Below are positions 39,515-51,260 of a stretch of DNA of 64,000 nucleotides, one piece after another. The number at the start of each line of letters is the position of its first letter. The first letter of the stretch is position 1. The notes beneath the pieces were generated by a model. It saw only the letters and a program-made list of their open reading frames with translations. It ran no database searches and was not told the DNA's origin. This DNA comes from Candidatus Kapaibacteriota bacterium. Lineage in GTDB: Bacteria; Bacteroidota; Ignavibacteria; OLB7. Both the position numbers and the translations under genes were made by a program. The stretch spans positions 496 through 64,495 of the forward strand of contig JBMDXA010000167.1 in assembly GCA_048594725.1 (NCBI GenBank). Direction: 5' to 3'.

Positions 39515-39850
39515 TTATGCCCCCACCTTCTCCAGCACGTTGAGCATCTGCACACCGTGTACCAGCGATGCGCCGCCACGCACGGCGGCCACCACATGCA
39601 GCGCCTCGGTCATCTGTGCCGGATCGGCGCCAGACTCCAGACAGCCGGTGGTGTAGGCATCGATACAGTAGGCGCACTGGATGGTATGAGCCACCGCAAG
39701 ACCGATCAGCTGCTTCTCGCGCTTGGTGAGAGCGCCGTCGGTACCGGTAGCCATGCCGTAGTACTCGAAGAACTTGTCCATCAACTCCTTGTTGTGGGTG
39801 CCTACCTCGGCGAAACGGGAGAGATCGGAGGACTCGTAATAATTAGCCAT
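39515..39850 (-). CDS. AhpD/carboxymuconolactone-decarboxylase-like peroxidase-fold protein (the usual partner of ArsS-family rSAM proteins)
   Basis: 111 aa with the AhpD-core CxxC 'IQCAYCIDAYTTGC' and 'KREKQLIGLAVA'. Lies immediately upstream and co-directional with the rSAM gene. Confidence 0.7.
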   Translation of the reverse strand: MANYYESSDLSRFAEVGTHNKELMDKFFEYYGMATGTDGALTKREKQLIGLAVAHTIQCAYCIDAYTTGCLESGADPAQMTEALHVVAAVRGGASLVHGVQMLNVLEKVGA

Positions 39851-40076
39851 GGATGAATTCAGGATATGCGTTACAGGATAAGCTGCCGGTTCCGGTGCTC
39901 CATGTCCGTGATGGACGGATTGCAGCCGGTTTCCGGCAAGGGACGAACGCGATGGCCGCGATCGTTTGAACGATCATAGGTAGAGCCCCCATAGGAGCGA
40001 CGTGCCGGACGGCTTCCACCAACGCCGGGGATATATTCACCCGGATGGGAGCATCAGGCGTATCACTGCCGGCGGA

Positions 40077-40838
40077 TCATTTCCTGGTGACCTGGACGTT
40101 CTCGAAGCGGATCTCGAAACTTCCATCGGGGGCCGTCTTGCGAAGCGAGAGTTTCACCGGCCCGAACTGCCGGTAATCGGTCCAGAGAAATTCTCCCTCG
40201 CGCCCGCTCTGAAGCAGAAACCGCCATCGTTCCACCAGCTTGGTGGCCGGATCGATATAGAGCCAGTAGCGGTCGCCGGGGGTAAGCCCCACGTTGCCGA
40301 ACGAGAGCTGAAGGGTCTGGAAGGTCCGGCCGCCGATAAGAGTATCGTGGCCGCGCCGGTGGTGTACGCCGGCATCCAGCAGCTTGAACGGCATCAGCAG
40401 CCAGTAGCTGTCGTTGATGAAACGCCCGTATCCCATCTCCAGCATCGCCTTGCCCGCCGAATCGGCCACCAGCGAGCCATTGACCGTCGCCGATCCGGTT
40501 TTTTTGCCGATATCGGAGAAATTCACCGTCCAGTTTCTCCCCTCCTTATCTTTTCCGTTGAGGATATAGGTATCCGACCGGCGGTTCCAGATGTGCGAGA
40601 AGCGGGATGCCTCGGCACCATCCCGCACGGCCACGAAATCGAACGAGATATTCCAGTTCCTGTCGTTCCAGGCGGCCGGTCCACCCACGGCGGCCATCAC
40701 CTCCTCGGCAAGCGTTCTCCCCTCCAGTTCCTGCTGCGATGGCCCTCCGCCGGTTCCGGGAGATTCCGACGGCTGGGCCAGAAGCGGAGCTGCGGCGATG
40801 ATGAACAGGAGCGCGCGGAGGAGCATGGGTGCTGGCAT
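40077..40838 (-). CDS. Hypothetical secreted protein
   Basis: Signal peptide 'MPAPMLLRALLFIIAAAPLLAQ'; no recognisable domain. Confidence 0.45.
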   Translation of the reverse strand: MPAPMLLRALLFIIAAAPLLAQPSESPGTGGGPSQQELEGRTLAEEVMAAVGGPAAWNDRNWNISFDFVAVRDGAEASRFSHIWNRRSDTYILNGKDKEGRNWTVNFSDIGKKTGSATVNGSLVADSAGKAMLEMGYGRFINDSYWLLMPFKLLDAGVHHRRGHDTLIGGRTFQTLQLSFGNVGLTPGDRYWLYIDPATKLVERWRFLLQSGREGEFLWTDYRQFGPVKLSLRKTAPDGSFEIRFENVQVTRK

Positions 40839-41096
40839 TGTGGAGTAGTTCTACGATCCTGGGTAGAGTGCCTGGGAGGCTCCTCGTATTCCTCTGCGGG
40901 AGGGGAGGAGCTGCAGGAGGGAACAGAGTTCCCGGTATCGGCGTCTACATGAAGTGCCGGTTCGGATGGCGCTCTGGCGCCGCCGGGGTTCCGGCTTGTG
41001 GTCTCCGGAAGATACGGTGGATGAGCGATATCCGCCGCAGGCGCTCCCTGCGGGAGCCCCCCGCGAAGGGGGGCCATATCGTACCGGTGCGTCCTG

Positions 41097-41630
41097 CTAC
41101 TGAAAACCCATCGCCTGTTTTTCTTCGGTCTGCGGGTTTTTTGCCTCAAGGATCAGCTCCGCAAATTCCCGGAACGCCCCATGGCCTCCCGGACGGCGGC
41201 AGACATAATGAGCAACCTCGCGAGTTTTCGGGAAGGCATCGGCGGGGCAGGCGGCAAGGCCCACCAGCTTCATCACCTCGATGTCGTTCACATCGTCGCC
41301 GATGTAGGCTATCTCCTCGGTCTCGTACTTATGCTGCTCGATGATCTGGCGAAGAATGGAGGGTTTGTCCTGGCAGAGAAGGTGCACCATCTCGATGTGC
41401 AGTTTCTCCGCCCGTTTGACTACCGACTCCGATTTCTCCCCGGTAACGATACCGACCTCGATGCCGGCCTCCCGAAGCCGCTCCACTCCCATCCCATCGC
41501 GGATGCTGAAGCGCTTCATCACCTCGCCATCCTGGCCGTAATAGACGCCGCTGTCGGTCAGGACGCCGTCGACGTCGGTAAGAACCAGGCGTATTTTCGC
41601 CGCCCGTTCGTTGATATTCGTGATATTCAT
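41097..41630 (-). CDS. kdsC: 3-deoxy-D-manno-octulosonate 8-phosphate phosphatase (HAD, KdsC family)
   Basis: 'IRLVLTDVDGVLTDSGVYY', 'VGIVTGEKS' and 'AYIGDDVNDIEVMKLVGLAACPADA' match KdsC. Start at MNITNINER; the track ORF is 45 codons longer. Confidence 0.8.
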   Translation of the reverse strand: MNITNINERAAKIRLVLTDVDGVLTDSGVYYGQDGEVMKRFSIRDGMGVERLREAGIEVGIVTGEKSESVVKRAEKLHIEMVHLLCQDKPSILRQIIEQHKYETEEIAYIGDDVNDIEVMKLVGLAACPADAFPKTREVAHYVCRRPGGHGAFREFAELILEAKNPQTEEKQAMGFQ

Positions 41631-41973
41631 GAGAAATTCTGCTGCGTTGAATGCGTTCCCGGCATCCGGAACCGGTATCCGGGAAAAACCGGGCGTGTAC
41701 CATGCCGGCATGGCCGCATGGCGGCGGGGCGCAATCTGCCACAAGTTTTTCCTATAACCTTGCACAGCCCTCCTGCGCCTATACTTTCATGGAGCCGTAG
41801 TCGTCAGTTCAGAAGCCGTTGTGCGCTCCATGGTAATTATGGGTTGATGCAACCTGGTGGCACGGGGTTACGTCCGGTAACAAACCGGTCATATGTTAGT
41901 ATATTCTTCCGCGCTTCAGGCGTACCACCGCCGCATAAACGGCGGATCAAACATCGAACGATTCTTCCAAACT

Positions 41974-43383
41974 ATGCCTCGATCGTTGAATGGAATTCCG
42001 ATCCGTCCTCACGGACGATCTCTGGCGTTTCTCGCGCTCCTGTTTCTGGCATCGCTCCTTCCGGCTGACGCGCAGATAAAACGCGCTCCCGAGAAGGAGT
42101 TCTCGCGATTCACCCTTCCGAACGGTCTGGAAGTGATCGTGGTGCAGAACAATTTCGTTCCCATCGCCACCATCGAGCTTGCCGTGCGCAATGGCTCCTT
42201 TACCGAGGGGCCGGAGTACGCCGGGCTGTCGCACCTGTATGAACATATGTTCTTCAAGGCGAATGGCAAGTATCAGTCCTCCCAGGATTTCATCTCCACT
42301 CTCAGCTCGCTCGGCATTCTCTATAATGCCACCACGCGCGAGGAAGTGGTCTACTACTACTTCACCCTTCCGGTTGCAAATCTGGAAAAGGGACTGGAGG
42401 TGATGGCGAATTCCGTGCAGACCCCGTTGTTCGATCCGCTGGAGCTGGAGCGGGAGCGGGAGGTGGTGCTTGGGGAGTTCGACCGCCAGGAATCCAACCC
42501 CTTCTTCCCCTACAGCCGTGCCATGGATTCGGCGATGTGGGGGGAGAATGTGGTGCGCAAGCAGCCGATCGGGCAGCGGGACGTTATCAAGACCGCCACT
42601 CCCGAGAAGATGCGGACCATCCAGCATAAGTATTACATCCCGAACAACTCCATGCTGATTGTGGCCGGTGATGTGGATTCCGCATCGGTCTACAACCTGG
42701 TCACCAAGCATTTCACCAGCTGGAAGCGGGGGACCGATCCGTTCAAGCAGGACCCGCCGCCGATGTCCAAGCCGCTCGCGGCCAAGAGGCTAGTAACCGT
42801 GCCGATCCCCGGCGTCGATATCGCGCAGGTGGAATACCAGTGGCATGGCCCTTCGGTGGGGGTGGACAACGCGGCCACCTATGCCGCCGACGTCTTCATC
42901 TTCATCCTGACGCAGCAGCAGTCGCGATTCCAGCGGAAGCTGGTGGAGAGCGGCATCGCGCAGGGGGCGGGGCTCAACTACTACACGCAACGCTATGTGG
43001 GGCCGATCTCGGCGCAGATCGTTACCACGCCGGAGCAGGCCCGCAAGGCGCTCGATGTTCTCTGGGATGAGATCCAGGCGTTCGATTCCCCCGACTATTT
43101 CACCGATGAGGAACTGGCAACCGCCAAGCAGACCCTCCGGATGCGCGCGCTCTACGAGAGCGAGGAGACCTCCGAGTGGGTGCATACCCCGTCGTTCTGG
43201 TGGAGCACCACCGGCCTGGATTATTACATGGGCTATATCGATAATCTGGCGAAGGTGAGCCGCGCCGATATCCAGAATTACGTGCGGAAGTATATCAAAG
43301 GGAAGAACTACGTGCTCGGTGTTGCAACCAATCCGGAAACGCTCCAGCGACTGAACCTGAAACCCTCGGAGGTGTTGAAATAA
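41974..43383 (+). CDS. M16 (pitrilysin) family zinc peptidase, active subunit
   Basis: Signal peptide; inverted zinc-binding motif 'HLYEH' (HxxEH) in 'AGLSHLYEHMFFKANG'; M16 N- and C-terminal domains. Confidence 0.85.
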   Translation: MPRSLNGIPIRPHGRSLAFLALLFLASLLPADAQIKRAPEKEFSRFTLPNGLEVIVVQNNFVPIATIELAVRNGSFTEGPEYAGLSHLYEHMFFKANGKYQSSQDFISTLSSLGILYNATTREEVVYYYFTLPVANLEKGLEVMANSVQTPLFDPLELEREREVVLGEFDRQESNPFFPYSRAMDSAMWGENVVRKQPIGQRDVIKTATPEKMRTIQHKYYIPNNSMLIVAGDVDSASVYNLVTKHFTSWKRGTDPFKQDPPPMSKPLAAKRLVTVPIPGVDIAQVEYQWHGPSVGVDNAATYAADVFIFILTQQQSRFQRKLVESGIAQGAGLNYYTQRYVGPISAQIVTTPEQARKALDVLWDEIQAFDSPDYFTDEELATAKQTLRMRALYESEETSEWVHTPSFWWSTTGLDYYMGYIDNLAKVSRADIQNYVRKYIKGKNYVLGVATNPETLQRLNLKPSEVLK

Positions 43384-44813
43384 TGGCGATAACAGTATTT
43401 CCAAGCGTTCCCGGAACCAGGGGCGCGCGGCGTGCAGGGAGGGCTCTGAGGGCGTTCCTGGCGGCGATGGTCCTGGGTGCGGCACTGCCGGCCGCACAGA
43501 GCCTTGCCGCTCCCATGCCGAAGATGCCCGACAATGTCAAGCAGTTCAACGCCGGCGGGGTGGAGGTTATCCTCCGGCCCAGCGGCCAGGCCAACCACGT
43601 GGTGGTCTCCAAGCTCTTTATCCGTGGCGGAACCAGCGCGCTGCCGAACGGGGTTTCTCCGGCGGTGGAGGACCTCTCCCTTCAGATACCCGCTCTGAGC
43701 GGACCGCAGGGAATCGATCGCGCCGCCTACCAGCGGGAACTTCAGCGGATGGTGATCAGCATAGCGCCGGCCACGGGGCGGGATTTCGCCACGATGACGC
43801 TCCGCTGCGTCGATGAGACGTTCGACCGATCGTGGCAGCTCTACACCGGCGTGGTGATGCAGCCGCAGTTCGATCCGGTGGAGCTTCGCAACGCCAAGGA
43901 GAGGAGCCTTACCGCCCTGCGGAACCGCCAGACCAGCCCGGAGGCCTATGCGGCCTATCTGGCCGATAGCGCCTTCTTCCATGGTCATCCGTACGGCCGG
44001 TATGCGCAGGAGGGGGATATCCCCCCGATCGACGCGGCCATGCTGATGGAGCACAACAAGCGGCTGTTCGTCAAATCGCGTCTGCTGCTGGTGGTGGTGG
44101 GGAATATCGATTCGGCCGATCTGCACCGGAAGGTGCTGGCCTCGTTTGCGAAGCTGCCGCAGGGGAACTACGTCGATCCGGTGATCCCCGATCCCCCCAA
44201 TGCCTCTCAGGGCACGCTGATCGTCCGCCCGCCGAATGGCGGCCGCGCCGTCACCAACTATATCGTTGCCCGTCATCTGGCGCCCGGACGCACCGATTCG
44301 CTCTATTATCCCATGATGCGCCTGACCAGCTTCGTCTCCGGATCGCTCTTCCGCGAAGTGCGTATCGAGCGGAACCTGAGCTATGCTCCGGATGCCGATG
44401 TGAAGTTCGGCAAGACCTCCTACGGCGATATCACTATCTCCACGACGCTCCCCGATTCGGCATGGCGCGTTGCCAAGGGGGAGGTGCTCGATTTCTTCCG
44501 CAGGTATATCATTGCCAACGAATATGTGACCGGTGGTTTGAGCAGCTGGATCACCAGCAATTATATGCGCGAACAGACCAACGAGTCGCAGGCCAACGAG
44601 CTTGGCAACGCCCAGCTGTATACCGGTTCGTGGCGCAACGCCTACAGTGTTGTGGAGGGGATAAGCTCCATCACGCCGGAACAGATGAACATGGCGGCCC
44701 AGCTCTACATGCGGAACTTCACGATCGTGGTGGTGGGCGATCCTTCGGCCATCAACACCGAGGAGTTCCTCTCCGAGGGAGTGCTCGGCGCCACCGAGGA
44801 GCCGGGAGAGTAG
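43383..44813 (+). CDS. M16 family peptidase homolog lacking HxxEH (non-catalytic partner subunit)
   Basis: Start overlaps the upstream stop (ATAATGG). Signal peptide, M16 fold pattern but no HxxEH motif. Typical active/inactive M16 pair. Confidence 0.8.
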   Translation: MAITVFPSVPGTRGARRAGRALRAFLAAMVLGAALPAAQSLAAPMPKMPDNVKQFNAGGVEVILRPSGQANHVVVSKLFIRGGTSALPNGVSPAVEDLSLQIPALSGPQGIDRAAYQRELQRMVISIAPATGRDFATMTLRCVDETFDRSWQLYTGVVMQPQFDPVELRNAKERSLTALRNRQTSPEAYAAYLADSAFFHGHPYGRYAQEGDIPPIDAAMLMEHNKRLFVKSRLLLVVVGNIDSADLHRKVLASFAKLPQGNYVDPVIPDPPNASQGTLIVRPPNGGRAVTNYIVARHLAPGRTDSLYYPMMRLTSFVSGSLFREVRIERNLSYAPDADVKFGKTSYGDITISTTLPDSAWRVAKGEVLDFFRRYIIANEYVTGGLSSWITSNYMREQTNESQANELGNAQLYTGSWRNAYSVVEGISSITPEQMNMAAQLYMRNFTIVVVGDPSAINTEEFLSEGVLGATEEPGE

Positions 44814-44928
44814 AGGATCTGGAAGGAAGGCCGTAAACGTAACGAGGCCCGGGTCATCTCATGGATGATCCGGGCCTTGTCGTATACGGATGGAAGTTCG
44901 GGGAGCCGTCAAGCAATCGAAACGTTCC

Positions 44929-46041
44929 TCACTTTCCTCCCATGAACTTCTTCCGGCGGTTGCGGATGTAATCCACAAAGACGGTCTCGCCGAGCTGGTT
45001 CAGGCCGGAGTAGTATGCCCGGCCCCGATTGGCCTTCGTAAGATCCTCCACGAAATTGACCAGATAGGGATCGCGCGCCACCATGAACGTGGTGATCGTG
45101 ATCCCCTCGCGCCGGCATGCCACCGCCTCATCGAGGGTTTTATTGACGATACGGGGATCGAGACCGAAGGAGTTCTTGTACAGGCGGCCGGAGGGCTCGA
45201 AGATCGCCGAGGGCTTGCCGTCGGTGACCATGAAGATCTGCTTGTTGGCGCCCCCTTTCCGTTTCAGGAGCTGGCGGGCCAGCTGCAACCCCGCGCGGGT
45301 GTTGGTGTGGAACGGTCCCACCGAGACGAAGGGGAGTTCATGCATGTTCACCTCCCGCGCCTCGTCGCCGAACAGGAGCACATGAAGCCGGTCCTTGGGG
45401 AAACGGGTCATGATAAGTTCCGAGAGGGCCAGCGCCACCTGTTTTGCCGGGGTTATCCGGTCCTCGCCGTAGAGGATCATCGAATGGGAGATATCGAGCA
45501 TCAGGACCGTGGCTACGTTGCTGGTATGCTCGGTTTCGTGCACACGGATATCATCCTCCTGAAGGGAGAAGTTCTCCAGATCGCTCTCCCGCTTGAGGGC
45601 GTTGCTGAGGGTGCTGGTAGCATCGATATTGGCCGACTGGTCGCCGAACTCGTACTCGCGCAGATCGCCGGTTCGTTCCACGCCGGAGCCGGTATGAGGC
45701 GTCTCGTGCTGTCCCGGGCCGGACTTCTTCAGCGAGGTGAAGATCTCGCGGAGCGCATCCTGGCGAATCCGCTGGGCACCCCGTGGGGTAAGCTCGAAGT
45801 CCCCTCCGCCGGAATCGTCATCGCGGATGAGACCCGCTTTCTTCAACTGATCGATGAACTGCTCCATCGTCATATCGCCGAGGATATTGTATTGCTCATC
45901 CAGCCTGCTGATCCAGTCCAGCGCCTCATCGACATCGCCGGAGGTTTTGGTAAGCAGATAGCTGAAGAGTTTGAAGAGCTGTTCCAGGCGATCCTGGCCG
46001 GAAAGCTCGTTATCGTTCCATTCGGAATAGCGGATGATCAT
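44929..46041 (-). CDS. von Willebrand factor A (VWA) domain protein
   Basis: VWA/MIDAS 'VLMLDISHSMI' (DxSxS), '...TDGKPS' and 'ITTFMV'. The start is uncertain: the ORF-track start at 46083 is a TTG, and I took the downstream ATG of 'MIIRY' (46041). Confidence 0.7.
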   Translation of the reverse strand: MIIRYSEWNDNELSGQDRLEQLFKLFSYLLTKTSGDVDEALDWISRLDEQYNILGDMTMEQFIDQLKKAGLIRDDDSGGGDFELTPRGAQRIRQDALREIFTSLKKSGPGQHETPHTGSGVERTGDLREYEFGDQSANIDATSTLSNALKRESDLENFSLQEDDIRVHETEHTSNVATVLMLDISHSMILYGEDRITPAKQVALALSELIMTRFPKDRLHVLLFGDEAREVNMHELPFVSVGPFHTNTRAGLQLARQLLKRKGGANKQIFMVTDGKPSAIFEPSGRLYKNSFGLDPRIVNKTLDEAVACRREGITITTFMVARDPYLVNFVEDLTKANRGRAYYSGLNQLGETVFVDYIRNRRKKFMGGK

Positions 46042-46226
46042 GGCTGTAGGGAATCGGTAAATGCAAGTCCATGCTTCTGGCAATACGTATGGGCGGGGCC
46101 GGTATTGTCAACCGCCGCGCATACGCTACGAACGGAAACGCCCCGAAGAGACTGACCTTCTTCGGGGCGTTGTTCCTTCTGCGAGCGGATTCTCCGGGAA
46201 CGGAGGGCCCGCTCAGCGTGCTATCC

Positions 46227-48866
<2,640 letters not shown>

Positions 48867-49901
48867 GCTACGCTCGCGGGAGAATAGCGGAGCAATTGGT
48901 TGATATCTTCTTGCGTACTAATCAACGACGGATGAATCGCCACGTTGCGTACATCGCATCAGCCCAGGTGCCCATCATCATACAGTATCATATTGTGCAA
49001 CGTCGTAACCCTGCTCCGATACACCAGCCGAAGCCTGCAATCGTCCGGCTGGCGGGGTAGTTCTGCAATCGCTTGCAGTGCTGGGGTGGACGTCCTGTTC
49101 GTCTGATCGTTCCGGTCGGCACCGCTGTAGGGAGAAAACCATCCTCTACAACCTTTCCAACCACACTACTAATACACATATAACAGGCTCAGGTTTCAAG
49201 GACTTTTCTCTCCCCCAACTACCATACCAGTATCTATAGTATAAACGGAATAATCATCTTCATAGATTCCGCATAGCCTTGCATCGCATCAGGACCGATA
49301 TACCTCGCTATCTTCAAACCCTCCTCCGATACCGACACCACACGGGAGCGACGATAACATCGGCCCCCATGGTTTCTTCGTTCGATTCTCTCCGTGCCGT
49401 ATCCGCTTTATTCCGGGCCTCCGTGGCTGCCGATCTCTCCTGCGTGGCATACCGGCCCGTGTTCTACAGGGGTGCCCGGAGGGCATGCCGGCCTGCGCCA
49501 GAGGAAAGATTGATATTCAGGGAGTACGATGATGACTTCCCTACTACTGACGGTCATCGCTCCGTTTTACTGCAAGCCGCTGGAAGGAAGTTTCCCGGCA
49601 GATTTCTCATGCGATAAACGCGCCACGCCGGCAGAGCACGCTACAGGAGGAGAGCGTGGAAGAAATGGCAGCACTCCCCGTCGATAACGTCAGCGGGTTC
49701 AGCCGTAATGGCAGTCCTGAACGGAACAAGCGGAGCCGGCGGAGCGAAGAGAACGGAGCCATGGAGACAAGTCAGCCGGCACGGCATCATGATTTGAAAC
49801 ATTGTTTGACCCCCGCATCTTGGCGGGACTGGCTCCGCACCCGTAACTTTGCGGACTTGGCATAAAGAAACCTTTACCATAAACCATAGGAACGTGCAGC
49901 A

Positions 49902-51056
49902 ATGCTTCAGCTAGATCTTACCGAGACTCACGAGATGATCCGGGATACCGCGCGTGATTTCGCGCAGAACGAGGTAGCCCCCACCGCCATCGAGCGCGAC
50001 ATCAAGGGAGAGTTTCCTCATGAGGCAATCAAGAAGCTCGGAGAGCTCGGGTTCATGGGCATGATGGTCTCCCCGGACTGGGGCGGCGCCGGTCTGGATG
50101 CCATGAGCTATGTGATCGCGATGGAGGAGATCTCCAAGGTCGATGCCTCCGTGGGCGTCGTGATGTCGGTGAACAACTCGCTGGTCTGCTGGGCATTGGA
50201 GACCTACGGTACCGACGAGCAGAAGGAGCGTTTCCTCCGCCCGCTGGCTACCGGCGAGAAGATCGGTGCCTACTGCCTGTCCGAGCCGGAGGCCGGCTCC
50301 GATGCCACCCAGCAGCGGACGGTTGCCACCAGAAACGACGACGGCTCGTGGGTGGTGAACGGCACCAAGAACTGGATCACCAACGGCACCACCGCCGATA
50401 TCTACCTGGTGTATGCCCAGACCGACAAGGAGAAGGGATACAAGGGGATCAGCTGCTTCATCATCGAGAAGGGAACCCCGGGCTTCACCCACGGCGTCAA
50501 GGAGGACAAGCTCGGCATCCGCTCCAGCGATACCTGCTCGTTACAATTCCAGGATGTGGTCGTCCCTGCTGAGAACATGCTCGGACCGGAAGGGCGCGGA
50601 TTCAACCTGGCGATGGAGACCCTGAACGGCGGCCGTATCGGCATTGCCGCGCAGGCGCTCGGAATCGCCCAGGGAGCGTTCGAAGCGGCCGTGGGATATG
50701 CCAAGGAGCGCAAGGCGTTCGGCAAGCCCCTCTCCGATCTTCAGGCCATCCAGTTCAAGCTGGCCGATATGGCAACCAAGATCGCCGCCGCGCGCGAGCT
50801 GGTGCACCGCGCCGCCTCGGTGAAGGACAAGCACGAGCGGTACGTGAAGGAGGCCGCCATGGCGAAGCTCTTCGCATCGAAGACCGCCGTGGAGGTTGCG
50901 CTTGAGGCCATTCAGGTGCATGGCGGATACGGCTATGTGCGCGAATACAAGGTGGAGCGTTACCTTCGCGATGCAAAGATCACCGAGATCTATGAAGGGA
51001 CATCGGAGATTCAGCATATCGTGATTGCGCGCGAGCTGATGCGCGATATGCCGTAA
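49902..51056 (+). CDS. Acyl-CoA dehydrogenase (short/medium-chain type)
   Basis: 384 aa with 'GAYCLSEPEAGSDA', 'NGTKNWITNG', and a C-terminal 'YEGTSEIQ' catalytic Glu region. Confidence 0.9.
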   Translation: MLQLDLTETHEMIRDTARDFAQNEVAPTAIERDIKGEFPHEAIKKLGELGFMGMMVSPDWGGAGLDAMSYVIAMEEISKVDASVGVVMSVNNSLVCWALETYGTDEQKERFLRPLATGEKIGAYCLSEPEAGSDATQQRTVATRNDDGSWVVNGTKNWITNGTTADIYLVYAQTDKEKGYKGISCFIIEKGTPGFTHGVKEDKLGIRSSDTCSLQFQDVVVPAENMLGPEGRGFNLAMETLNGGRIGIAAQALGIAQGAFEAAVGYAKERKAFGKPLSDLQAIQFKLADMATKIAAARELVHRAASVKDKHERYVKEAAMAKLFASKTAVEVALEAIQVHGGYGYVREYKVERYLRDAKITEIYEGTSEIQHIVIARELMRDMP

Positions 51057-51260
51057 CCGGAATCCTGCTCCGCTGCACGCGGAGCGCGGGATGATTCCGG
51101 ATGAGAACTTCCGGCAGGCCCCGACTCGTCGGGGCTTGCTGTTTCCGTACCGTCCGGAAATCTTGACCTCGGATCTACGTCGCATAAGCGGCGGCGCCCC
51201 CATGCGCACGCCGCTCCGTCGGAAGAATACCGGACCGAATTCACTCTGTTCAGACCTCTC

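Noticed and set aside
33218-39856. Several 250-490-aa ORFs (33218-34162 -, 35503-36363 +, 36409-37350 +, 38378-39856 +) opposite the anti-sigma, PP2C and rSAM genes
   Set aside because: Each overlaps a gene with clear motifs on the other strand and is itself motif-free and low-complexity.
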